Notes: a model not told the origin generated them from the sequence alone. A stretch of DNA of 64,000 nucleotides from an uncultured Actinomycetota bacterium (GCA_963766945.1 CAVYCT010000039.1:60563-124562); one strand, 5' to 3'. Numbered from the stretch's first letter, positions 1-11,409 are shown. Made by a program: numbers and translations.

Positions 1-285
1 CATCAGCAGCAGGTACCCGTTCTCCATCTCGACGACGGACTGCAGCACATGGCCGCCGTCGAACAGTTGCGCGGCACCCGTCGACAGGCTGGCCAGCCCG
101 GAGGCCACCGCGGCCAGTTGGTCGGCGCGTTCCTTCGGGATGTGCTCACTGGCCGCCATCAGCAGCCCGTCGGCGGACACCAGAACGGCGTGGGTCACGC
201 CGGAGACTTCGCGGGCGAACTTGGAAACCAGCCAGTCGAGCGAATCACGTTGCGTCGAACGTGACGGACGTGACGGGTAGGTCAT
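1..285 (-). CDS. Roadblock/LC7 domain protein (conservon CvnB-like, Rv3364c homolog), continues past window edge
   Basis: Manual translation [48 protein letters not shown]...[12 protein letters not shown]; ATGA overlap with the upstream kinase stop. Confidence 0.9.
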   Translation of the reverse strand, partial: MTYPSRPSRSTQRDSLDWLVSKFAREVSGVTHAVLVSADGLLMAASEHIPKERADQLAAVASGLASLSTGAAQLFDGGHVLQSVVEMENGYLLLM

Positions 286-3193
286 TGGCTATCTGTTCCT
301 CTGGCATCTCGAGCGTGCGAGCGGCCGGCGTGTACGCCACCGAAATGGCTGCTGATACTCGCGCGGACGGCCTCCGGATCACGTTGCGGGGCTGCTCCCC
401 CGCCAGCGGATGCTCGCTGCCCGCCGGCGTCGAACTCAGCCGCCGATGCTACCTCGTCGTCGCTGTCGCTGCTCCTGTGTGCGCCGCCGTTGCGATGATG
501 CCCGCCCTCGGGGCCTGCGGAATCAGCCGCGCCGGGCACCAACCGGGCGCCCGGTTCGCGGACCGGCAGGCCCTCGTCGGTTTGCTCGAGCACCGGCGCT
601 TCCTCGGCCGCCTCCGCGGCCGACCAGCCGTTGTCCCACACCGATTCCCAGTTCAGGTCGTCGCTCTTGGCGATGTCGGACGGGTCGACAAGCCATTCGG
701 AGAGCATCTTTTGATAGATCGCGTCGTCCGAGCCGGCCGTCGAAGACTCTCCGGACGCCGCAGTGACGGACGGGCTCGGGTTGAGCTTCCTCGACCGGCG
801 AGGCGGGCTCGTCCTGCTGGTCCTGCGGTTCGGCAGGCGCCCGGGCCCGGCACACCGTTGCCAACGGCCTGCGCACGCGCGGCGAAGAACCCGGAGGTGT
901 CCGACGGTCGGTCACTGACCCGTGGCGCACCCCACTCGTCGGAGACGGGCGCAGGATGCTCACGGGTCTGCGCCGGCATCGAGTCGTCAGGCCACTCGTC
1001 GTCGGGCTGCTCCGGCTGCGGGAGCAGGTGCCGCCAGAGACGCCGGGATGTCGGCTATCCCGCTGGCACCCGGATCGCGCTGCGGCAACAGCGATACGGG
1101 TACCTCGGAGTGGCCGTTGAGGTACTCGTGCTCGGCCGCCAGGCCGTTGTCGGCGCCCCAGAACTCCCCATGCTCTTCGTCGGCCCAAGGTTCCGCGTGA
1201 TCCTCGTCAAGCGCGAGCGCCGTTGCGATGCCCGCGTGCGCGTCGGCGGGCGTGGCGTACTCCGGCTCGCCGAATTGGTCCGGCTCCCCCGTGCCGCCGA
1301 GCAGCTCGGTGGGCACATACACACCGGCGGTGGTGCCCGAGCTCGGTTCCCCCGCGACGGTGCTGCGCAGCCTGACCACCAGACCGTGCTGTGCCGCGAG
1401 CCGGCTGACCACGAACAGACCCATGTGCCGGGCGGTGTTGGGGTTGACCTCGCCGCCCGCCTGCAGCCGGGTGTTGGCCACCCGCAGGTCCGACTCGGTC
1501 ATGCCGAGGCCGATGTCGCTGACCTCGATGACGAGGCCACCGTTGCCCGTGTGCACCGCCGACACCCGCACCTGAGATATCGGCGGCGAGTAGCGCAGCG
1601 CGTTGTCGAGCAGTTCGGCCAGCAGGTGAACCAGGTCGCCGGCCACGGAGCCGACGATCTCGCTGTCGGGCACGGTCGCGGTGATGACGCGGGTGTAGTC
1701 CTCGACCTCGGAGGCCGCGGCGTTGATGACCGCCGATACCGGCACCGGTTCGGCCTGCTCGCGAGGCACCTTCGCGCCGGCGAGCACCAACAGGTTGGCA
1801 CCGTTGCGGCGCATCCGGGCGGCCAGGTGGTCCAGGCGGAAGAGGCTCTCCAGCCGTTCGGGGTCCTCCTCGTTGCGTTCGAGGCGATCGATCAGCGACA
1901 GCTGCTGGTCGACCAGCGACCGGCTGCGGCGCGAGAGCGTCTCGAACATGTCGCTCACCTGCAGCTGAAGCCGCGCCTGCTCGCCGGCCAGCAGTACCGC
2001 CTGCTCGTGCAGCTCGTCGACGGCGTGAGCAACCTGGCCCACCTCCTCGGAGGTGTGCACCGCGATCGGCAACAGCGGCGCGGGATCGCCACCCGCACGG
2101 ACGTGTTCGATTTCGCGGGCCAGGTCGTCGTGGGCGACCTTGAGCGCGCTGTCGCGCAGTCGGCGCAGCGGCCGGACCAGTGACCGCGCTACCAAGATGA
2201 CGATGAGCAGCGCGAGCAGGATCGCGCCGCCCACGATCGCCGAGTCGCGGATGACGTCGTTGCGCTCCTCCCGGTCCTGACCCTGGACCGCGGCGACCAC
2301 GGACTTGCTCGTGTCCTCGATGACCTTGCCGGCGATCTGGTCGGTCGCCTGCATCGAGCTACGCAGGTCGGGGTTGTCGACCAGAACCGCCGACGGGTCT
2401 GACACGATGCCCATCCGCTTCACGAACTCGGCCTGCAGCTGGTCAGCCTCGGGCGAGCCGACCCCGAGCACCTGGTTCATCCCGAAGATCGTGGAGGGCT
2501 CGGTGCCTGCGAGGGTGACCATCCTGGTGCGCAGCTCGGGCTCGGGCAGTTCACCGCCGAGGTTGACCAGTAGCTGCTGCATCATCATCTGCCCGCGGGC
2601 GCCGACCGCACGGGACAGGCCGAGGCTTTCTGCCCGGATGCGTTCGTCGTCGACGCGAACGGAACCGTTGATCGCATCCTCGGCGGTCAGCAGGATCGGC
2701 GCGTAAGCGGTGATCCGGTCGAACAGGTTGATGCTGTTGGACGTGACACTTTGTCCATCAGGGCCTGGCCGTCGGCGACCATGCTCGTGACGCCCTTGCT
2801 GACGTCCGTCGCGTTGTCGGTGTCGGCCAGTCGGCGCTGCAATTCCTGCTTGCTGAGGTCGAACTTGGTGAGGGCCGCCTGGGGGTCGCCGCCGGTGGAA
2901 GCCGCCAGCATCGCGCCGTCCAGCGCGCTCATGTAACTCACGATCGCCGGCACCATTTGGGTGCGATCGGCGGCGCGACGCAAATCGGTCGCCTCAGTCC
3001 AGCTGCTGTAGATGCGCAACCCGCCGAACATTGCGGCCAAAACCAAGGGCACCAATACGATCGCGAACACTTTCCAGCGAACCGGCCAATTGGACATCAC
3101 CCATCGCGACGGCCGCTTGGGCGGCGGAGCCGCTTTGGGTTCGAAATCGACGAGGGTCCCATCCGCCTGCTTGAGCTGCGTGAACGAGCTCAT
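282..3193 (-). CDS. Membrane sensor histidine kinase-like protein with HAMP and HATPase domains (conservon CvnA-like, Rv3365c homolog), frameshifted
   Basis: ORF pieces 2687-3193 (WPVRWKV, TM), 987-2588 ([33 protein letters not shown]) and 282-707 ([35 protein letters not shown] tail). Confidence 0.88.
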
Positions 3194-3546
3194 CGGCGCC
3201 CGCCTGCACTATCGGCCGCGTGTCCGCATTTCAGTATTGGAGCGTGGTTCATAAGGCTTCCTGCTAATTCCACCCTGATCTGGGTGGGCGGTTCTGGCCC
3301 TGGCAATTGGTCGAGTATGACAGCCATGTGCTGCTGATTCCACAATTCTTACTGAACAGACAGAGTTCAAAACCGCACTACCACGCGCGTTGTGTGCGGT
3401 CCGAGCAAACGCCACCGGATAGGCAAATTCGCCAACGCGCGGGCGTTCCTGAGAATGCTCTCAGCGACTCGGGTCGCCGCCTTGGACCACCGCTAATAAT
3501 CTGGGCATTCACTCCCTAGTTCCTTGATGAAGGCTGGAGGACATCC

Positions 3547-3981
3547 ATGAAAACTCACATCACTCTCGGACTCGGCATGGTTGGAGTCATCGCAGCGTCG
3601 GGGCTGCTGCTCGGCACCGGTGTCGCCACGGCCGCCGAGTTCAACGGCGAGACGTACGAAGATGCGGCCGACGCGATTTCAGAGGAGGGCGGTACCCCGG
3701 TCATAGCGACGCGGGTGGGTGGCCAACTTTCGACCGACGAATGCATCGTCGTCAACTCCCAGGACCACTCGTATCTCAGAGATCCGCTCGACGACGTCTA
3801 CGTCCTGTCGGTCACCGACGAAGTGCGGCTCAATCTGAACTGCGCAGGTAGTTTCGCGTCGACGACGAACCCCGGTGCCTCGGTGGCCAGTCCGGCCGGG
3901 CGGGAAGCCAAGGCCGCCGCCGAGGAAGCCGAGGCGGCCGAGGAACAGGAGCTCGCCGCCGTCAGCACGCCTGACGAGTAG
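3547..3981 (+). CDS. Secreted hypothetical protein
   Basis: GGAGG RBS, signal peptide ending ATA-A, two Cys, acidic tail; typical small mycobacterial exported protein. Confidence 0.75.
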   Translation: MKTHITLGLGMVGVIAASGLLLGTGVATAAEFNGETYEDAADAISEEGGTPVIATRVGGQLSTDECIVVNSQDHSYLRDPLDDVYVLSVTDEVRLNLNCAGSFASTTNPGASVASPAGREAKAAAEEAEAAEEQELAAVSTPDE

Positions 3982-4109
3982 CCGCGGGGCGCACCCCTTC
4001 TGGCTCAGGCTTAAACACTTTGTGAAGATGCTAACAAGTGCTTGCACCAGCTAGCAGTCTGGGCGAAGTATCGGCAGTGTCCGACAGCCATTGATGAGGA
4101 GGGGAACTA

Positions 4110-4352
4110 ATGGCAGAGAACAACAGCGGCCCGATCGAAGCCGTGCGGGGCATCGTCTCCGGCGCTATCGGGTTTACCAAGCAGGTCATCGGCTTGATCC
4201 TGAGCCGCAGCGATCTTCAGGAAGAGGGTCGAGCGCAGGTCGACAAGGCCTCGAATCAACTCGAGGCAGCCGGTAAAGAGGCCGAGGCCGAGAAGGCTCG
4301 CGCCAAGGCCAAGGTGCAGGAAACGCGTCAGAAGGCTGCTAGCAAGTCCTGA
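4110..4352 (+). CDS. CsbD-like / microaggregate-binding protein 1 family small protein
   Basis: MAENNSGPIEAVRGIV...DLQEEGRAQVDKA...KEAEAEKAR pattern; GAGGAGG RBS. Confidence 0.7.
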   Translation: MAENNSGPIEAVRGIVSGAIGFTKQVIGLILSRSDLQEEGRAQVDKASNQLEAAGKEAEAEKARAKAKVQETRQKAASKS

Positions 4353-4366
4353 CGATCGAACCATCG

Positions 4367-4400
4367 AACACCCCCGGCTCTTCGCAGCCGGGGGTGTTTA
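4367..4400 (+). terminator. Intrinsic terminator-like hairpin
   Basis: AACACCCCCGGCT-N6-AGCCGGGGGTGTT followed by a T-rich tract. Confidence 0.75.
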
Positions 4401-4435
4401 TGTTTTTCAGGAGACCTCGCTGGGAGGATGCGGTG

Positions 4436-4900
4436 GTGTTCCGCGTGCTCTTCTACTCCCCGCGCATCGCGCCCAACACCGGCAACGCGATACGGATGGT
4501 CGCCGCAACGGGCTGCGAATTGCATCTCGTCGAGCCGCTCGGCTTCGACTTGTCCGAACCCAAACTGCGTCGCGCCGGCCTGGATTACCACGACCTGGCG
4601 TCGGTCACCGTGCACCGTGATCTGAACGCGGCCTGGGACGCGCTGCAACCGACGCGGGTCTACGCGTACACGGCGCACGCCACCTCGTCCTTCGCCGACG
4701 TCCACTACGAACCCGGCGATGTGCTGATGTTCGGCCCCGAACCCACGGGGTTGGATGCCGAGACGCTGGCGGACGCCCACATCACTGCGCAGCTCCGCAT
4801 TCCGATGTTGGCCGGACGGCGCTCATTGAACCTCTCGAACGCCGCTGCGGTCGTGGTGTACGAGGCGTGGCGGCAGAACGGGTTCAGCGGCGCGGTCTAA
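4436..4900 (+). CDS. trmL: tRNA (cytidine(34)-2'-O)-methyltransferase, SpoU/TrmL family (Rv3366 homolog)
   Basis: PRIAPNTGNAIR, RRAGLDYH, FGPEPTGL, RSLNLSNAAAV SPOUT motifs. Confidence 0.93.
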   Translation: MFRVLFYSPRIAPNTGNAIRMVAATGCELHLVEPLGFDLSEPKLRRAGLDYHDLASVTVHRDLNAAWDALQPTRVYAYTAHATSSFADVHYEPGDVLMFGPEPTGLDAETLADAHITAQLRIPMLAGRRSLNLSNAAAVVVYEAWRQNGFSGAV

Positions 4901-4942
4901 GTCGTTCGCTTACCTTCCCGATGAGCGCTTGCGCGAAGAGCA

Positions 4943-5584
4943 TTACCAACTATTCCAGTGCGCGAACTGCTCGGCCGGTAGGCGCTTGGCCCGCTGGAAG
5001 TCGGTGCCCTTCGTGTAGGCGATCGGGAACAGTCCGCCCTGTCGGTATTTGTCGAACGGAATCCCGAGGACGTCGGCGGCCAGCTTCTCGCCCTTGCCCA
5101 GCCAGATGCAGTGTCGTCCAGGCTGATCCGAGGCCCCGTGAGCGCAACGCCAGCATGTAACTCCACACCGCGGGAAGCAGTGAGCCCCAGAACCCTGCGC
5201 TCGCCTGCCACCGCGTCGTCAGGACTGCCCTCCAGGCACGGGACCAACATCACCGGCACCTCGTGCAGGTGCTCGTTGAGGTACTTCGCCGAACTCGATC
5301 ACGGCGCCGATCTGGTCGTCCCGGACGTCGCCGCGAACGGGTCGCTCCCGGTCGAGGTAGGGCGTCGCGTTGTGTCGGTAGATGTCCGCGAGCGCCTTCT
5401 TCTTCTCCGGGTCGTCGACGAACACCCACTGCCAACCCTGGGAGTTGGAACCCGTCGGCGCCTGGAGCGCCAGGTCGAGACACTCCATCAGGACCTCACG
5501 CGGAACCGGTTTCTCCAGATCGAGCCGCTTGCGCACCGAGCGCGTCGTGGTCAGGACTTCATCTGCTGACAGATTCAAGGTCAC
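4943..5584 (-). CDS. Nitroreductase family protein (Rv3368c homolog), frameshifted
   Basis: TTTRSVRKRLD, QAPTGSNSQ, WSYMLALRSRGLGSAWTTLHL spread over several frames; end FAHWNSW*. Confidence 0.85.
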
Positions 5585-5607
5585 CGACCGAGACTACATT
5601 CGCTTCC

Positions 5608-6014
5608 ATGGCAGTCGAATTCACGCAAGAAGTTTCCAGCAGGCTCCAAGCCGATCATTCCGGGTGGCTGACGACGGTGGCCAAATCCGGCCAGCCCGTC
5701 CCGCGGCTTGTGTGGTTCTACTTCGACGGTTCCGACGTGATCGTCTACTCGGAACCTGGCGCCGCCAAGGTCCGCCACATCCGCAACCATCCCCGGGTCA
5801 GCATGAACCTGGATTCCGATGGAAACGGGTCGGGTGTCATCGCCGTCGGCGGCGAGGCGACGATCGATGCCGAGAACGCGGATCCGTTGAAGGACGAGCG
5901 ATACCGCGCCAAGTATGGTGAGCTCGCGGCAAGCCTGGGCTTCAGCGACGACTTTCTGTCCGCCTACAATCTGCGGCTGAAGATCACCGTCGATAAGGTG
6001 TGGACACACTGCCA
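5608..6014 (+). CDS. PPOX-class F420-dependent oxidoreductase (Rv3369-like); 3' end runs into a tandem repeat without a stop
   Basis: GWLTTVAKSGQPVPRLVWF, AAKVRHIRNHPRVS, KITVDKVWT. Confidence 0.87.
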
Positions 6015-6119
6015 GACCGGGCTGGATGTTCCGCTTCGCTTCGCTCATCGACCGGGCTGGATGTTCCGCTTCGCTTCGCTCATCGACCGGGCTGGATGTT
6101 CCGCTTCGCTTCGCTCATC
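6015..6119. repeat. Perfect tandem repeat, 3 x 35 bp (MIRU/VNTR-like)
   Basis: Unit GACCGGGCTGGATGTTCCGCTTCGCTTCGCTCATC at 6015, 6050 and 6085; no spacers. Confidence 0.95.
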
Positions 6120-9100
6120 GGAAGTCCCTCGACTTGGACCCCACGCGCATATCGATGGGGCTCATCCGATCGGCGACGACGGTGACCGCTCCGCTGGCGT
6201 TCTGCACGATGCCGCGGATCAGCAACGCCGACGCCGTCTGGGCGAGCTTGCGGTGCCGCGCCCACACCCCGCGCGAACACAGGACATTGACCATCCCCGT
6301 CTCGTCCTCGAGGTTGATGAACGTCACCCCCTGCGCCGTCGCCGGCCGCTGCCGGTGGGTCACCGCGCCCGCCACCAGCACCCGCGTCCCGTCGCGCACC
6401 TGCAGGAGCTTGGCCGCAGGGACCACCCCGAGCGCGTCGAGATCCTCACGCAGGAACTGGGTGGGATAGCTGTCCGGCGAGACCCCGGTCGCCCACACGT
6501 CGGCGGCGGCCAGCTCCAGCTCGGTCATGCCGGGCAGCGACGGAATATGCGACGACGATCCCACTCCCGGCAGCCGGTCCGGTCGCTGCGTGGCGGCCGC
6601 GCCCGCCGCCCACAGCCCTTCGCGGCGGGTGATCCCGAAACAGCCCAGCGCCCCTGCGGTGGCCAGCGCCTCGGTCTGCGGCACGCTCAACTGAATCCGC
6701 TGCGTCAGGTCCAGCAGGGAGGTGAACGGCCCGTTGGCTTTTCGTTCGTCGACGATCCGCTCGGCCAGCTCGTCACCGATGTGGCGGACACTGCCGAGGC
6801 CCAGCCGCACCTCGGTGCCGCACGTTCTCCAGCGTGGCGTGCGCCAGGCTGGCGTTGACGTCCGGCCCGTGCACGGTGACCCCGTGCCTGCGGGCATCGG
6901 CCACCAGCGACTGCGGCGAGTAGAAGCCCATCGGCTGCGCCCGCAGCAGCGCCGCGCAGAACGCCGCCGGATGATGCAACTTGAACCACGACGAATAGAA
7001 CACCAGCGACGCGAAGGACAGCGAATGGCTTTCCGGGAAACCGAAATTGGCGAAGGCCTCCAGCTTCTCGTAGATCCGGTCGGCCACCTCGCCGGTGATG
7101 CCGTGCCGCTCGCCGCATGCCGTCGTAGAACCGGCCCCGCAGCCGGCGCATCTTCTCGGTCGAGCGTTTGGACCCCATCGCCCGGCGCAGCTGGTCGGCC
7201 TCGGCGGGCGGAAAAGCCCGCACAGTCGACCGCGAGCTGCATGAGCTGCTCCTGAAACAGCGGCACCCCCAAGCGTCTTTCGCAGCGCCGCTTCCATCGA
7301 CGGGTGGTCGTAGGTGACAGGTTCTTCCCCGTTGCGTCGCTTGATATACGGATGCACCGATCCGCCCTGGATCGGTCCGGGACGGATCAACGCCACCTCG
7401 ACCACCAAGTCGTAGAACACCCGCGGCTTCAGCCGGGGCAGGGTGGCCATCTGCGCACGTGACTCCACCTGGAACACCCCGACGGAGTCGGCGCGCTGCA
7501 GCATCTCGTAGACCGCGTGCTCGGACAGGTCCAACTGGGCCAGGTCGACCTCGATGCCCTTGTGCTCGGCGACCAGGTCGATGCAGTAGTGCAGCGCCGA
7601 GAGCATGCCGAGGCCCAGCAGATCGAACTTCACCAAACCGATTGCCGCACAGTCGTCTTTGTCCCACTGCAGCACGCTGCGGTTCTCCATCCGCGCCCAT
7701 TCCACCGGGCACACGTCGGCGATCGGGCGGTCGCAGATCACCATGCCGCCGGAGTGGATGCCCATGTGCCGCGGCAGATTGGAGATCTGCTTGGCCAGGT
7801 CGATCACGGGTTCCGGGATGTCCTCGACATGGGTTGCCTCGGCCAGGTTTCCCCACTGGCTGATCTGCTTGCTCCACGCGTCCTGCTGGCCCTGGGAGAA
7901 TCCCAGCGCGCGGGCCATGTCGCGCACCGCACTGCGGCCGCGGTAGGTGATGACGTTGGCCACCTGGGCGGCGTAGTCGCGGCCGTAGCGGTCGTAGACG
8001 TACTGGATCGCGTTCTCGCGCAGATCCGATTCGATGTCGATGTCGATGTCCGGCGGACCGTCGCGCGCGGGCGACAGGAACCGCTCGAACAGCAGCTCGT
8101 TGGCGATCGGGTCGACGTTGGTGACACCGAGGGCGTAGCAGACCGCCGAGTTGGCCGCCGACCCTCGACCCTGGGCACAGGATGTTGTTCTCCCGGCAGA
8201 ACCGGGTGATGTCGTGGACCACCAGGAAGTAGCCCGGAAATGTCAGCTGCTCAATGATTTTCAGCTCGTGCTCGATCTGCGCGTACGCCCGCGGCGCCCG
8301 CTCCGGCGGGCCGTATCGATTGCGCGCGCCCTCCATGACCAGATGCCGCAGCCAGCTGTCTTCGGTGTGCCCGTCCGGCACGTCGAACGGCGGCAGCTGC
8401 GGGGCGATCAGCGCCAGCCCGAACGCACACTGCTCGCCGAGGTCGGCCGCCGCGGTCACCACCTCGGGACAGTGCGCGAACAGCCGCGCCATCTCCTCCC
8501 CGGACCGCAGGTGCGAGCCACCCAGCGGCGCCAGGTAACCGGCCGCCTCGTCCATCGAGTGCCGGGCCCGGATCGCTCCCATGGCCATGGCCAGCCGACC
8601 GCGCGACGGCTGCGGCGAAGTGGGCGGCCGTGGTGGCGACGACGCCGACACCGGAGCCGCCCCGGCGGCGACAGTCGAGACCGAACCGCGGCGCCAGTTC
8701 GGCGAGTGCCGCGTTGCGCTCGTCGTCGCGTGGATGCCCGTGGTGGGTGAGCTCGATGCTGACCCGGTCGCGACCGAACCGGTCCACCAGGTCGGCCAGC
8801 GCCTTGGCCGCCGCCTCCGGACCACCCTCGGAAAGCGCCTGGCGGACATGGCCTTTGCGGCAGCCGGTCAGGATGTGCCAGTGCCCGCCCGCAGCCTCGG
8901 TCAGCGCGTCGAAGTCGTAGCGCAGCTTGCCCTTCTCGCCGCCGGCCAGATGCGCCGCCGCCAGTTGCCGGGACAGCCGTCGGTACCCCTCCGGGCCGCG
9001 GGCCAACACCAGCAGATGCGGGCCGGGCGGATCGGGGTCCTCGGTTCGGTCACCCCCGCCGAGCGACAGTTCGGCCCCGAACACCGTCGACATCTTCAGT

Positions 9101-9444
9101 TCCCTGGCGGCCTCGGCGAAGCGCACCACCCCGTAGAGCCCGTCATGGTCGGTCAGCGCGATCGCCCGCAGATCGAGGCGGGCGGCCTCCTCGACGAGTT
9201 CCTCCGGCGTGCCTGCGCCGTCGAGGAAGCTGTACGCCGAATGCGCGTGCAGCTCGGCATACGGCAGCGACGACGCCGGCCGGTCGACCTCGAGCGGCTG
9301 ATAGGACCCCCGCTTGCGCGACCAGGCCGGGCTGTCGCCGCCGTCGCCGATCTGCTCGTCGATGGGCCAGCCGGCACGGCGCGGCTTGCCGTTGAGCACC
9401 CGCTCCATTTCCGTCCAGCTCGGCGGCCCGGTATGCCAGCCCAC
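6115..9444 (-). CDS. dnaE2: Error-prone DNA polymerase DnaE2, multiple frameshifts
   Basis: MGWHTGPPSWTEMERVL, YAELHAHSAYSFLDG (PHP), PRHMGIHSGG, FGFPESHS, RQRPATAQGVTFINLEDETG, C-terminal SRDFR. Confidence 0.96.
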
Positions 9445-9457
9445 ACCGCGAGCCTAA

Positions 9458-9473
9458 TCGAACAGACGTTCGA
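9458..9473. promoter_or_regulatory. LexA SOS box upstream of dnaE2
   Basis: TCGAAC-AGAC-GTTCGA, perfect mycobacterial consensus, adjacent to minus-strand -10 TAGGCT (9451-9456). Confidence 0.92.
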
Positions 9474-9554
9474 TTGCTAGTCGAAGACGATCACCGCACG
9501 ACCCACGATGTCGCCGCGGGCCGCCTTCGCGGATGTCACGAAGAGCGACGCCGA

Positions 9555-10010
9555 TCAAAGCGACCGCCGTAGATCGCGGGCGCCGAAACCTGCGTGGGCG
9601 ACGATCTTGACGATCACGCGCTCGGCGCCGGGCTCGTCAAGGTTCGGCCAATCCTTTCCGGTCATGCGGTTGAACATCTTCCGGTTCAATGAGCCGTCCG
9701 GATCTTCGCTTATCTCCGCGTACCCGCGGATCTCGATGTAGCGCGACAAATCCTTCGCGTCGAGCGCACAAAAGGTGATCTGTGGATTCGCGAGCAGATT
9801 GCGGTATTTCACCCGGGACTTCAGCGTAGATATCCGGATATACCCGCCGTCCCAGTCGAACGCCACCGGGTTGGTCGAGATCAGTCCATCCTTGTGGCCG
9901 ATGGTGCTCACCATCGCCGTCACAGCCGTCTCGAGAATGCCGGCATGGCTTGCCGGAATTTCGGCCTCCGGTCGCTCCGCGCTCGTCACGTCGACAGTTT
10001 CCCCTCTCAC
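9555..10010 (-). CDS. PPOX-class F420-dependent oxidoreductase
   Basis: STNPVAFDWDG, ISTLKSRVKYRNLLANPQIT, RYIEIRGYA, ERVIVKI; possible frameshift near C-terminus. Confidence 0.85.
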   Translation of the reverse strand: MRGETVDVTSAERPEAEIPASHAGILETAVTAMVSTIGHKDGLISTNPVAFDWDGGYIRISTLKSRVKYRNLLANPQITFCALDAKDLSRYIEIRGYAEISEDPDGSLNRKMFNRMTGKDWPNLDEPGAERVIVKIVAHAGFGARDLRRSL

Positions 10011-11400
10011 GTCGCGCCCTCATCCGGCGGGTCGGGGTCGCTGTGGAGGAGTTCGTCGGGGTGGTGGGCGTGGTTGATGTCGGGTGGTGTGGTGCCGTTG
10101 GTCCAGGCCAGTCGGCCGGTGTCGGTGACGGTGGTCTGCCAATAGCCTTTGGTGACGCGGTCGTGGTCGGGGCCGCAGGCGAAGAACAGCATGTCGGCGT
10201 CGGTGGGCCCGCCGGCGGCCCAGTCCACGGCGTGGTGCACCTCGGCGTGATAGCCCGGCGCTCGAGCAATTGGGGCGGGTGCAGCCGCCATCGCGGGCGT
10301 AGCAGATGATGCGTTGATCGGCGGTGGCGATGCGCTTCTGGCGACCCAGATAGATCGGCCGATCGGAGTGGTCGTCGAACACCGCCAGGTAGTGGATGCG
10401 CGTCGGCGGCCATCCGGATCAGATCGCGCATCGGCAGCGCGGTGTCCCCACCGGTGCGCGCCGGCGGCGGCATCGGAATGTCGGTGTTGGTGACGGCGTG
10501 GGCGGCCTGATTGAGCTCGGCCAGCGTGGTGCGCGCGATCACCGTCACCGGATGCCCCCGATGTGAGCCCAGCTCCCCGGAGGCGATGCCGGCCTTCAAC
10601 CCCAGTTTGAGGCCGTCATGGCAGCGCTGGGCCGGGCTGCGCTCATCGGGGGTCTCTTCGATGGTGCCGTCGGGCAGGTGGCGGCCCGGGCGCACCGCGG
10701 CGGTGCACGCCTCGATGTAGCAGCGGGCCTCCGGATCGACATAGCCGCGACAACTTCGACATCCCGTCGCGGCCCTGGGGGCCCAGCACCATCCCGCGCC
10801 GGCGCGCCCGGTCGGCCTCGTCGTAATCGCCGTCGGGGTTGAAGATCGCATCGATCGCCTTGGCCGCCGCCTTGACGATGTCGGCGTCGCTCTTGGTGGC
10901 TTCACCCACCAGGGAGGCTTCCACCTCGTCGCGCTCCGCCAGCCGACACACACGACGGCAACACGTCCATCGCCGGCGTGATCACCTGCAGGTGATCCTC
11001 ACCGATCGCCCCGGCCTCCACCGCCTCGGCGACCACCGGTAGCTCCGGTGGCAGCGGCGGCCCGGCCAGCGAGCGGCGCGGCCGGATCCGGGCGGCCACC
11101 TTCATCCGGCGCTTGATCTCGCTGGGGGTGATCCGCAGCCGCGCCCACACCTATCGATCAGCGCGGGAAGGGGCAGCACCTCGTCGGGCGGATCGGCCAT
11201 CTCACCGAACACCCGATACATCAGACCGCGGTTGGTGCGCTCCTGGGTTTCCAGCCGCTCGGCCATCTGCACCCGAAACTCGCTGCCCACCTCATCAGAG
11301 GACAACCCGCGCATCTGCGCATACGCCTCATCAACCGTGATCCAGCAGCGCGCCGAACCGCTCGCGCGCCACCTGCTCCGGTGATGAATTGCCCCACACC
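10007..11400 (-). CDS. DUF222/HNH endonuclease signature protein (REP13E12 family), frameshifted; start approximate
   Basis: RLRITPSEIKRR, LPVVAEAVEAGAIGEDHL, RSPAQRCHDGL, HRGHPVTVI, ARDGGCTRPNC, EVHHAVDWAAGGPTD, ACGPDH, INHAHHP. Confidence 0.88.
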
Positions 11401-11409
11401 GCAACGCTA

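Noticed and set aside
6015-6119. 35 bp repeats as a CRISPR array
   Set aside because: Units are directly adjacent with no spacers, and there are no cas genes
8636-8692. Short insertion in the DnaE2 PHP domain (GLDCRRRGGSGVGVVATT)
   Set aside because: Looks like an imperfect local duplication in an error-rich stretch; too short for an intein and probably a consensus artefact
6115-9444. Programmed frameshifting or a pseudogene in dnaE2
   Set aside because: No slippery sites recognised, the indel density matches neighbouring genes, and the SOS box and all motifs are intact
10007-11400. DUF222/HNH gene as an IS element or prophage remnant
   Set aside because: No transposase motifs, terminal inverted repeats, target duplication or phage genes seen
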